DNA from: Hypanus sabinus
Taxonomy: Eukaryota
NCBI RefSeq assembly: GCF_030144855.1
Contig: NC_082726.1
Span: 31,682,001 to 31,746,000, forward strand
Length of the DNA stretch: 64,000 nucleotides
Direction: 5' to 3'
The notes under the pieces were generated by a model, which searched no databases, was not told the origin of the DNA, and saw only the letters and a list, made by a program, of their open reading frames with translations. Shown piece by piece: positions 49,613 to 59,623 of the stretch; within the stretch, counting starts at the first letter, position 1, and each line of letters begins with the position of its first letter. The translations under genes were made by a program, and so were the position numbers.

Positions 49613-51700
49613 TTACAAGTCAAGTCTATCAGGTGGTCGAATCTGTCGCTGCGATCTACGTAGCACCGGCTGTGACCGCATAGATGCCGGCAACATCGGT
49701 GATTGCACAGGGGACGGAGGTTGCGCGTGTTCTTGCCCACTAGGCGCCGGTGATCCCTCATGCATGTGCGAGGCGCCTGGTATAAATGCGTACGAAACGC
49801 CCGGTATACAAGTGTCGTGAGGAGTCTGTGTAGGGCCTGGTGAGTACGGTGTCACCTCTGGTGCAGGGTTCACAGTTACCGGAGAGCCTTCAGGGTAGTG
49901 GTCTGCTGCACCTGCGGGTGCCAGGTCGCGGTTGGAGACCGTGTCCTCCCGCCCATCAGGTAAGACCACGTAAGCATACTGAGGGTTCACATGTAGAAGG
50001 TGAACCCTCTCCACCAGCGGGGAGTATTTATTGCTCCTCACATGTTTCCGGAGCAGCACTGGCCCCGGGGACGTCAGCCAAACTGGCAGAGTGGTCCCAG
50101 TGACAGACTTCCTGGGAAAAGAGAATAGGCGTTCGTGAGGGGTGGCATTGGTGGACGTACATAACAGAGAGCGGATAGAGTGCAGTGCCTCAGGGAGGAC
50201 CTCCTGCCATTGAGAGACTGGCAACCCTTTTGACTTAAGGGCTAAAAGTGTGGCCTTCCACACTGTGGCATTCTCCTGCTCCACCTGGCCATTACCCCGG
50301 GGATTATAACTCGTGGTCCGACTGGTAGCAATGCCCCTAGCTAGCAAGTACTGGCGCAGCTCCTCACTCATAAAGGAGGACCCTCTATCACTGTGGATAT
50401 AGCAGGGATACCCGAACAGAGTGAAGAGCTGGCGCAGGGCTTTTATGACGGACGTGGCAGTGGTGTCGGGGCAGGGGATGGCAAAGGGGAACCGTGAGAA
50501 CTCGTCGATAACACTGAGAAAATAGACATTGCGGTCAGTGGAGGGAAGGGGGCCCTTAAAGTCAACACTCAGGCGTTCAAAAGGGCGGGTGTCCTTGACA
50601 AGTTGTGCCGTGTCAGGACGGTAGAAGTGCGGTTTGCACTCGGCGCAAATTTGGCAGTCCCTGGTCATCGTCCTGATGTCCTCCAGGGAGTATGGCAGGT
50701 TCCGAGCTTTCACAAAATGGTAAAATTGGGTGACCCCCGGATGGCAAAGTTGTGCATGAAGGGCGTACAGCTGGTCGAGCTGTGTGCTAGCACATGTTCT
50801 CCGGGATAGGGCATCAGGGGGCTCATTGAGTCTGCCAGGCCGGTACAGGATATCATAGGTGTAGGTGGAGAGTTCTATCCTCCACCGCAAAATCTTATCA
50901 TTTTTGATCTTGCCCCGCTGTTGGTTGCTGAACAGGAACGCAACCGAGCGCTGGTCGGTCAGCACGGTGAACCTTTTGCCAGCAAGATAGTGCCTCCAGT
51001 GCCTAACAGCCTCCACTATGGCCTGGGCTTCTTTCTCCACCGCGGAGTGCCGAATTTCGGAGCCTTGGAGGGTGCGAGAAAAGAATGCTACTGGTCTGCC
51101 TTCCTGATTGAGGGTAGCAGCCAGAGTGAAATCGGAGGCATCACACTCCACTTGGAAGGGAGCGGTCTCGTCCACTGCATGCATCGTAGCTTTGGCAATG
51201 TCCGCTTTAATGCAGTTGAAGGCCGCGCAGGCCTCAGCAGAGAGGGGAAACGAGGTAGACTTGACCAGGGGGCGAGCCTTGTCTGCGTAATGGGGGACCC
51301 ATTGGGCGTAATAAGAAAAAAAACCCAGGCACCGTCTGAGGGCCTTGAGAGTGGTGGGAAGAGGGAGCTCTAACAGGGGGCGCATACGTTCGGGATCAGG
51401 GCCAATAACCCCATTTTCCACGACATACCCAAGTATAGCAAGGCGGGTGGTACCAAACACACACTTGTCCCTGTTATAAGTAAGGTTCAGAGCTGCGGCC
51501 ACTTGGAGAAATCGTTGGAGGTTGGCGTCGTGATCTGGCCTGTCGTGACCACAGATGGTGATGTTATCCAGATAGGGAAATGTGGCCTGCAGTTGGTACT
51601 GGTCCACCATCCGGTCCATTTCCCTCTGGAAGACAGAGACACCATTCGTGACACCGAAAGGGACGCGCAGGAAGTGATAGAGCCTGCCGCCCGCCTCGGA
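49613..51700 (-). CDS. pol: Pol C-terminal part: RT (YLDN), RNase H, integrase
   Basis: Frame resumes at EAGGRLYHFLRVPFG; includes YLDN, ECDASD, HAQLCH...CQIC, VDFKGP, HSDRGSSF, GNGQVE. Confidence 0.9.
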   Translation of the reverse strand, partial: SEAGGRLYHFLRVPFGVTNGVSVFQREMDRMVDQYQLQATFPYLDNITICGHDRPDHDANLQRFLQVAAALNLTYNRDKCVFGTTRLAILGYVVENGVIGPDPERMRPLLELPLPTTLKALRRCLGFFSYYAQWVPHYADKARPLVKSTSFPLSAEACAAFNCIKADIAKATMHAVDETAPFQVECDASDFTLAATLNQEGRPVAFFSRTLQGSEIRHSAVEKEAQAIVEAVRHWRHYLAGKRFTVLTDQRSVAFLFSNQQRGKIKNDKILRWRIELSTYTYDILYRPGRLNEPPDALSRRTCASTQLDQLYALHAQLCHPGVTQFYHFVKARNLPYSLEDIRTMTRDCQICAECKPHFYRPDTAQLVKDTRPFERLSVDFKGPLPSTDRNVYFLSVIDEFSRFPFAIPCPDTTATSVIKALRQLFTLFGYPCYIHSDRGSSFMSEELRQYLLARGIATSRTTSYNPRGNGQVEQENATVWKATLLALKSKGLPVSQWQEVLPEALHSIRSLLCTSTNATPHERLFSFPRKSVTGTTLPVWLTSPGPVLLRKHVRSNKYSPLVERVHLLHVNPQYAYVVLPDGREDTVSNRDLAPAGAADHYPEGSPVTVNPAPEVTPYSPGPTQTPHDTCIPGVSYAFIPGASHMHEGSPAPSGQEHAQPPSPVQSPMLPASMRSQPVLRRSQRQIRPPDRLDL

Positions 51701-53507
51701 GGCGGTCCTCTGGGCAGATGGGGAGCTGGTGATAAGCGGATTTCAGATCTATTGTCGAGTACACCTTATACTGAGCAATCTGGTTGACCATATCCGCGAT
51801 GCGGGGTAGGGGGTATGCGTCAAGCTGCGTAAACCTATTGATGGTTTGACTATAGTCCACCACCATCCTATCTTTCTGCCCAGTCCGAACAACAACTACC
51901 TGGGCCCTCCAAGGGCTTGAGCTTGGCTCAATGATCCCCTCCCTGAGCAGCCGCTGCACCTCCGACTGAATGAAGGCCCTGTCCCCCGCGCTGTACCTCC
52001 TGCTTTTGGTTGCCACAGGTTTACAGTCGGGGGTCAGGTTGGCGAACAGCGGTGGGGGAGGGACCTTGAGAGTGGAGAGGCTGCAAGTGTCGGTAGCGCA
52101 GCTGTCGGCCTGGTGCTGGATGGGATGTGTGTGCCCGTGTGTGTGTGTGGTCAGTAGCGGGGTATGTGAAGAAGTCCCACAAAACTGAGGATTCCGGACA
52201 GTGAGTGGTGGGAGGGGCCCGTCATATACCATAGTCACACTTTCGAGATGGTTCTGGAAGTCCAGCCCCAATAGCACAGGTGCGTACAGATTAGGCATGA
52301 CCAGCAGCTCAAAGTCCCGATATTCTGTGCCTTGCACCACCAATGTCACTACACAACCCGCCCGGATGTCTGTGGACTGCGACCCAGAGGCCAAATGGAA
52401 CCTCCGACTTACCGGCCGTGTCACGAGTCCGCAGCATTGCACTGTGTCCGGGTGAATAAAACTCCCAGTGCTGCCTGTGTCAAACAGGCATCTAGTCCAG
52501 TGCCCCTCCACCTGGATGTCCATCATGGACCTTGCAAGCTGGTGTGGGGCGCTTTGGTCGAGGGTTACGGTGGCCAGAGTTGAATCGCCGTCGGGGTACC
52601 CGGTAAGCATCGGAGGGTCGGGGGCGGGGCGTGCTGACGTCGACAAAGATGGCCGCCCACATCCGGGCATGCAAGATGGCGGCCCCCACGTTTCACCCGC
52701 AGCGCTGCACCCCGCTCGAGGTTGAGACTTACAGACCTTGGCGAAGTGGCCCCGCTTTCCGCAGCTGGAGCAGGTCGCTTCTCGCGCTGGACAGCGTTGT
52801 CGAGGATGTTTTTTATGGCCACAGAAATAACACACTGGGTTCTGACGGGCCACCGCCGTGGTCAGGGTCTGGGAGCTCGTGGAATCGCGACTGGCGGCGG
52901 CGTTGGCGAACTCGCTCCCGGGAGCCGGCGGTGGCGGGGTCTGAGGAGTCCACGGAACCGGCGGGGAATCGCGCAACTGGACAGCGTCGGCGTTATGCAG
53001 CGCAGCTTCTAGAGCATTGGCCGTCTCTATCGCCGAGCTTAAGGTAAGGTCTGAGTTTTCCAGCAGCCGCTGGCGCATGTACACTGACCTCAGTCCCGTC
53101 ACAAAGGCGTCTCGCACCAGCAGCTCCGCATGCTGTTCTGCCGTGAGCGTCTTGCAGTCGCAAGGTCGGACGAGTGTCTGTAGTGCTCGGAGAAACTCAG
53201 CGCACGATTCGCCAGGCCGCTGTTGCCGGGTAGCTAAACGATGTCTTGCGTAGACGGTGTTCACCGGCCGCAGATACTGTCTTTTGAGGGCGTCCAGTGC
53301 CCCATCGTAGGTCGGCAGGTCCCGGATAATGGAGTAAACTTTGGAGGAGACCCTCGAGAGTAGGATTCTGTGCATAACGGCGGGTTCAGTCGCACGAAGC
53401 TCCGCCAAGTACGATTGGAAGCATGCAAGCCAGTGTTCAAAAGCGAGAGCTGCGTCAGGGTCTTGAGGGTCCAAATCCAACCGGTCCGGACGCAAAACGG
53501 GTTCCAT
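51564..53507 (-). CDS. gag-pol: Gag-protease-RT N-terminal part (frameshifts near 51700)
   Basis: 647-aa ORF: capsid-like, CYFCGHKKHPRQRC and CSSCGKRGHFAKVC, CLFDTGS, RMVVDYS, IDLKSAYHQ. Confidence 0.9.
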   Translation of the reverse strand: MEPVLRPDRLDLDPQDPDAALAFEHWLACFQSYLAELRATEPAVMHRILLSRVSSKVYSIIRDLPTYDGALDALKRQYLRPVNTVYARHRLATRQQRPGESCAEFLRALQTLVRPCDCKTLTAEQHAELLVRDAFVTGLRSVYMRQRLLENSDLTLSSAIETANALEAALHNADAVQLRDSPPVPWTPQTPPPPAPGSEFANAAASRDSTSSQTLTTAVARQNPVCYFCGHKKHPRQRCPAREATCSSCGKRGHFAKVCKSQPRAGCSAAGETWGPPSCMPGCGRPSLSTSARPAPDPPMLTGYPDGDSTLATVTLDQSAPHQLARSMMDIQVEGHWTRCLFDTGSTGSFIHPDTVQCCGLVTRPVSRRFHLASGSQSTDIRAGCVVTLVVQGTEYRDFELLVMPNLYAPVLLGLDFQNHLESVTMVYDGPLPPLTVRNPQFCGTSSHTPLLTTHTHGHTHPIQHQADSCATDTCSLSTLKVPPPPLFANLTPDCKPVATKSRRYSAGDRAFIQSEVQRLLREGIIEPSSSPWRAQVVVVRTGQKDRMVVDYSQTINRFTQLDAYPLPRIADMVNQIAQYKVYSTIDLKSAYHQLPICPEDRLRGGRQALSLPARPFRCHEWCLCLPEGNGPDGGPVPTAGHISLSG

Positions 53508-53533
53508 GTTTTAAAACTTCCAGTCAATAAAAT

Positions 53534-53746
53534 TGATGCACCATCAATAACTCACACTGAGACGTAAGGCGAGATATCGGCTTTTATTGACTGGAAGAAG
53601 GAACCAGGAGTGAGTGTCTATCATACAAGGTCTTGGAGACTGAGGCCGAGCGTCAGGCCGCAGATCTCCTTTATACAGGGGCCTGTGGGAGGAGCCACAG
53701 GAGCAGTCAGCAGGGGCATGTCCCGACAGGCACATAGTTCACCACA
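53534..53746 (-). repeat. 5' LTR of Mag-like Gypsy
   Basis: On the minus strand: TATAAA at 53670-53675, Inr-like CTCAGTC at 53638-53644, AATAAA at 53583-53588. Confidence 0.97.
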
Positions 53747-54201
53747 GGAAGCTAGAAGATTGAGAAGAGATTTGATAGTCTACAAAATTATGAGGGGTAT
53801 AGATAGGGTAAATGCAATCAGGCTTTTTCCATTGAGGTTACCACAACTGGAAGTCATGGGTTATGGGTGAAAGGTAAAAACTTTATGGGGAACATGAGAG
53901 GAAACCTCTTCATTCAAAGGGTTGTGAGAGAGCAGAATGAGCTGTCAGCATGTAGTCCATGCAAACTCGATTTTAAAGTTTAAGAGAAATTTGTATAGTT
54001 ACATGGATGGTAGGAGTACAGAGGGCTATGGTCCTGGTTCAGGTCAATGGGAGTAGGCAGATTAAATGGCTTGGCATAAACTAGATGGGCCAAAGGGCCT
54101 GTTTCTGTGCTGTACTTTTCTATGATTCTATGACTTCAAGTGTTGCCTTGCATTTCTTAAAATCATCAAGCACCTCATTTGCTCCTGCCTATAACTGCTA
54201 T

Positions 54202-54490
54202 TTGTGTGGCGCATGGCCAAGTTGTTAAGGCGAGGGACTAGCGATCTGAAGGTCGTGAGTTTGAGCCCCAGCCGAGGCAGTATGTTGTGTCCTTGAGCAA
54301 GGCACTTAACCACACATTGCTCCAGTCCAGCCAGCTGAAAATGGGCACCGGCAAAATACTAGGGGTTAACCTCGCGACAGTCTGGTGTCCTATCCGATGG
54401 GGAGTCTCATACTCTCAGTCGCTTCATGCCACGGAAACCGGCATAAGCACTGGCCTGATGAGCCTATAAGGCTCAGAACAGACTTTAACT
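54202..54490 (+). mobile_element. tRNA-derived SINE
   Basis: A-box TGGCCAAGTTG and B-box GTTTGAGCC in a tRNA-like head; 12-bp TSD TATAACTGCTAT (54190-54201 and 54491-54502). Confidence 0.9.
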
Positions 54491-55149
54491 TATAACTGCT
54501 ATGCACGTCCTTCTTTTCTTGACCAGGGCCTCAATAACTCTTTAAAAACAAGGCTCTCTAAAGCTCATCTTTTATTCTGATCTGAATAAACAAATTCTGT
54601 ACTCTCGAAATTTCACATCTGAAGGCTTCAAACTTGCCAAGTACACTTTTGCCATAAAACAACCTGTTCCAATCCACACTCGCCAGATCCTTTCTGATAT
54701 CAATTCGCCAATTCAGAATGTCGACTGAGGACCAAACTGTCCTCTTCCAGTATTACCTTGAAACTTGTGTCTCATTCCCAATAGGAGATCTAGTGTCAGA
54801 CTCTCTTTTAGCTGGGACCTCTAAGTACTTACTGAGGACACTTTCCTGATCACATTTGCCAAACTCTATCAAATCAAGCCCTTTAACTGTATGGGACTCC
54901 CAGTCAATATGTGGAAAATTAAAATCACCTATTATCACAACATTAGTCTGCTATCTCTCTACAAATTTGCTCTCTAAATCCCTCAGATTGATGGATGGAC
55001 TATAATATAACCCCATTAATGTGGTCATACATTTTTAATTTCTCACTTTCACCCATAATGCCTTACTTTCTAAATAGGCTTAAAAATAATTTTCCCCACA
55101 ACGACTCCACTGCCTGCTCTGGCATTTTGGTTCTTATTCCCCTGGAACT

Positions 55150-56310
55150 CCAAAAAATATAGCAGCAGAGTTAGGCCATTTGGCACATCGAGTCTGCTCT
55201 GTCATTTCATCATGGCTGATCCATTTTGCCTTTCAGCCCCAATCTACTGCCTCCACACCCCCCCCCCCAACCCTGTATCCCTTTATACCCTGACCAATCA
55301 AGACTCTATCAATCTCTGCCTTAGATATACATACAGACCAGGCCTCCCCAGCTGCTTGTGGTAAAGAATTCCACAGATTCACCACTCTCAGGGTAAAGAA
55401 ATTCCTCCTCATCTCCACTCTAAAAGGATGCCTCTTAATTCTGAGGCTGTGTCCTCTGGTCTTAGACACTCCCAGCATAGGAAACATCCTCTCCAAATCC
55501 ACTCTGTCAAGGCATTTCACCATTCAATGGGTTTCAATGAGGTCCTAGAAGCATAGAAAACCTGCAGCACAATAAAGGCTCTTCAGCCCACAATGCTGTG
55601 CTGAACATGGACTTACTTTAGAAATTACCTAGGGTTACCCATAGCCCTCTACTTTTCTAAGCTCCCTGTACTTATCCAGGAGTCTCTTAAGAGATCCTAG
55701 TGTATCCACCTTCACTACCGTCACCAGCAGCCCATTCCACACACTCACCACTCTTTGTGTAAAAAATTTACCCCTGACATCTCCTCTATACCTGCTCCCC
55801 AGCATCTTAAAACTGTGCCCTTTAGTGTTAGCTATTTCCACCCTGGGAAAAATCCTCAGACTATCCACATGATCAATGCCTCTCATCATCTTATACACCT
55901 CTATCAGGTCACTTCTCATCCTCCATCGCTCCAAGGAGAAACGGTCAAGTTCACTTAACCTATTATCATAAGGCATTCTCCCCAGTCCAGGTAATATCCT
56001 TGTAAATCTCCTCTGCACCATTTCTATAGTTTCCACATCCTTCCTGTAGTGAGGTGACCAGAACTGAGCACAGTACTCCAAAGGGGGTCTGACCAGGGTC
56101 CTATATTGCTGTAACATTGCCTCTCAACTCTTGAACTCAATCCCATGGTTGATGAATACCAATACAGCGTATGCCTTCTTAACCACACAGTCAACCTACG
56201 AAGCAGCTTTGAGTGTCCTATGGACTCGGACCCCAAGATCCCACTGATCCTCCACGCTGCCAAGAGTCTTACCATTAATACTATATTCTGCCATCATATT
56301 TGATTTCACT
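55150..56310 (-). mobile_element. Stacked CR1 3' fragments
   Basis: YRTLVRPPLEYCAQFWSPHYRKD...FFTQRVV..WN.L in ORFs 55635-56117 and 55233-55523. Confidence 0.9.
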
Positions 56311-56319
56311 TTTTACCAA

Positions 56320-57350
56320 CCATGCAACACCGTCCCATCTGCATTCCTGCCTGTCCTTTCAATACAATGTGTATCCTTGGAATGCTCCCAGCTATAATCT
56401 TCTCTCAGCCATGATCCAGTGATACCTACGACATCATCCCTGCCAATCTGCATCTACCTTATTCCGTATACTGCGCACAGTCCAATACAGCACCTTCAGT
56501 CCCGTATTCATTTTATACCATTTTGTCAGCCTTTTACATTGCAACTCATCCTGCTGACTGCAATTCTGCCCTGTCAACAGCCTCTCCTCATTACACGTTG
56601 CCTCTATTTGTAAACCAGTTACCTCATCTTCAGTACTATTATCCACCTTTCGTACGATACTTCTTGCATTGAAATATCACCAGGTCAGGACGTTAGTCAC
56701 ACCATGCTCAACCTTTTGATTCCTGACTTTATCTGAGGCCTCACCGAGACCTGCCTCCACAACCTCTCCACTAACTGTTCTGGTACTCTGGCTTGCATTC
56801 CCTTGCAATTCTATTTAAACTGCACTGTGCAGTTCCCTTCTGTACAGTCCCATCTTCCCTGGAAGAGAGCTCAATGATCTAAAGATCTTATGCCCTCCCT
56901 CCTACACTAGCTCCTTAGCCACGTATTAAACTGATTAATCTTCCTAGTTCTGACATCACCAGCACATGACATGGGTAACAATCTTGAGACCATAATCCTG
57001 GAGGTCCTGCCCTTTAATTTAGCACCTAACTCCCTGAACTCTCAATGCAGAACCTTGTCACTCGTCCTACCTACGTCATGGACCACAACCTCTGACTGTT
57101 CGTCTTCCCATTTTAGAATATTGAGGGCTCGATCTGAGATATTCTGGACCCTGGCACCCAAGAGGCAACATACCATTCGTGAATCCCATCCTGGCCCACA
57201 AAACCTCCTGTCTAACTAACCACAGAATCTACTGTCTCCAAACTAACGATTGCCCTATCACCACAGAATGTTCTTTCTTCCCCTTTCTCTTCTGAGTCAT
57301 AGAGACAAACTCAGTGCCAGAGATTTGACCATTGTGATTTTCCTCTGTTA
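56320..57350 (-). mobile_element. CR1 5' region (ORF1 esterase remnant and ORF2 start)
   Basis: CCLLGARV-like ORF1 motif (~57145-57170) and LKVLY..(N)RSIRNKVD ORF2 start (~56450-56500). Confidence 0.7.
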
Positions 57351-57400
57351 GATCAACAGAGGTCATCCACTTTGGAATGAAAAATGGAAGAGCAGATTAT

Positions 57401-58445
57401 CAAGTCAAGTCAAGTCAACTCTTATTGTCATTTCGACCATAAGTGCTGGTACAATGCATAATAAAAATGAGACAATGTTTTTCAGGACCATGGTGTTACA
57501 TGAAACAGTACCAAAAACTAGACTGATCTACGTAATAAAAAAAAACACAGAGAAAGCTACACTAGACTACAGACCTACACTGGACTGCATAAAGTGCACA
57601 AAAAACAGTGCAGGCATTACAATAAATAATAAACAGAACAGTAGGGCAAGGTGTCAGTCCAGGCTTCGGGTATTGAGGAGTCTGATAGCTTGGGGGAAGA
57701 AACTGTTACATAATCAGGTTGTGAGAGCCCGAATGCTTCGGTGCCTTTTCCCAGATGGCAGGAAGGAGAAGAGTTTGTACAATGGGTGCATGGGGTCCTT
57801 CATAATGCTGTTATGAAGTGGGGTGGGAGATGGACTTTCCTCAGCCTTCGCAGAAAGTAGAGATGCTGCTGGGCTTTCTTTGTTATGGAGCTGGTGTTGA
57901 GGGACCAGGTGAGATTCTCCACCAGGTGAACACCAAGAAATTTGCTGCTCTTAACGATCTCTACCAAGGAGCCATCGATGTTCCGCGGGGAGTGGTCGCT
58001 CCGTGCCCTCCTGAAGTCAACAGCCATCTCTTTTGTTTTGTTCACATTAAAAGACAGGTTGTTGGCTCTGCACCAGTCCGTTAGCCGCTGCACTTCCTCT
58101 CTGTAAGCTAACTCGTCGTTCTTGCTGAAGAGACCCAACACGGTCGTGTCATTGGCGAACTTGATGATGTGCTTCGAGCTGTACATTGCAGCACAGTCGT
58201 GGGTCAGCAGAGTGAACAGCAGTGAACTGAGCACGCAACCCTGGGGAGCCCCCGTGCTCGGTGTGATGGTGTTGGAGATGCTGCTCCTGATCCGGACTGA
58301 CTGAGGTGTCCCAGTCAGGAAGTCTAGGATCCAGTTGCAGAGGGAGGTGTTCAGGCCCAGTAGGCTCAGCTTTCCAATCAGTTTCTGAGGGATGATTGTG
58401 TTGAATGCTGAACTGAAGTCTACGAACAGCATCCGAACATATGTT
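57401..58445 (-). mobile_element. 5'-truncated Rex1/Babar LINE
   Basis: RT ORF 57800-58432 ([28 protein letters not shown]); (ACTTG)n tail at 57401-57415. Confidence 0.9.
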
Positions 58446-58806
58446 CTGGAAAGCCTATCGAGGCTTTCCAGATGTCAGTGAGATTTATTATCACTGACGT
58501 ATGTTGTGAAATACATTGTTTTATGGCAAAAGTACAGTGCAAGATGTAAAAAATTACTGTTACTGCAACAAATAGTGAAACCCTCATTTTTCTGAACACC
58601 AGTCTTAGAAACATCAAACGCTCCTTGAATGTCAAGCTTTTCATTGCCAAGATCATTCTTAGAACCTGCTCTGGACTTTCTCCAGTCCCAGCTCATCCTT
58701 CTTTGATACGGAGCCAAAATATGTTGAGACTTGAATGCCAAGTCTGAAGTGTTGATTACAGGGGTCATCATTTTGTTTAAAAGCACATCAACCAGGTGTG
58801 ATGGTG

Positions 58807-59623
58807 CAGTTGAGCACCCCTTATCCAAAATGTTTGGGGCCAGAAGTGCATTGGATTTTTGTTTTTTTTTGGATTTTCAAATATTTGCGTCTATATAGTG
58901 AGTTATCCTGGGGGTGGGACCCAAGTTTAAACATGAAATCCATTTACATTACATATAAAGCTTATATATATACTCTCAAGGTAGTTTTAGAGAATATTTT
59001 AATCACCTTGGCTGCCCAGATGGACACTTTGTAGTTGTTTGGCATTGCCATCATTACTGACTCGGAGTTTATGTGCTACTGGTAAGCAGTCTTTATCTTA
59101 CACTTTTTCATCACACTTATGTACTGATACAGCCGCTCAGCATGTCAGATTTTCATCAACAATCTTGATAAACTCATCAACAAATTTCTTTGCTGCTTCA
59201 TGATCAGCAGACCGCTTTAACACCACAAATATTTTTAAAATTAATGCTGTGCATTTTCTTAAGTTTCTGCAACTTCTTCAAATACTTACATTTTCAGTTT
59301 GTCGTGATAGATCTTTGCTTGTTTCATAATCAGCTTACCATTAAGTGGCATACATTAACTCCAACACTGACAAATCCGCTCTTTCAGTGCAGGTTGCGAT
59401 CTTTATTTTTCGTTTTATGCAGTGCTTTTGCCATTTTTCATTAACTTCTGTTCATTACAATTGTGATTCTGTTTCTCAGAACAGTCTGTGATGGCACATT
59501 GCCAGGGAACTTTCCCAGCACCTTATGGAATTTCCATGTATGATGTTATGTCAGGGTGCAAAACATTTTTGGATTTTTGAGACTTTTGGATTTTGGAATT
59601 TCAGTTGAGGGGTGCTCATCCCG
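58807..59623. mobile_element. Tigger/pogo-like (Tc1-mariner) deletion derivative
   Basis: Imperfect TIRs CAGTTGAGCACCCCTTATCC and GAGGGGTGCTCATCCCG followed by TA; GGATTTT subterminal repeats as in Tigger4/MER46-type elements. Confidence 0.7.

Larger units (their letters stand above)
49355..53746 (-). mobile_element. Full-length young Gypsy LTR retrotransposon (Mag-like), single gag-pol ORF broken by one frameshift
   Basis: 213-bp LTRs differing at 3 sites, 5-bp TSD GGAAG, PPT AAGGGGGGGTGAA, two Cys-His knuckles, protease FDTGS, RT, RNase H, integrase. Confidence 0.97.
47415..54130 (+). mobile_element. CR1 LINE copy interrupted by a solo LTR (48613-49232) and a Gypsy element (49355-53746)
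   Basis: CR1 ORF2 sequence reads continuously across both insertions and ends in an (TTCTA-like) tail at ~54115-54135. Confidence 0.75.

Noticed and set aside
54202-54280. tRNA gene
   Set aside because: The tRNA-like head continues into a SINE body flanked by a 12-bp TSD.
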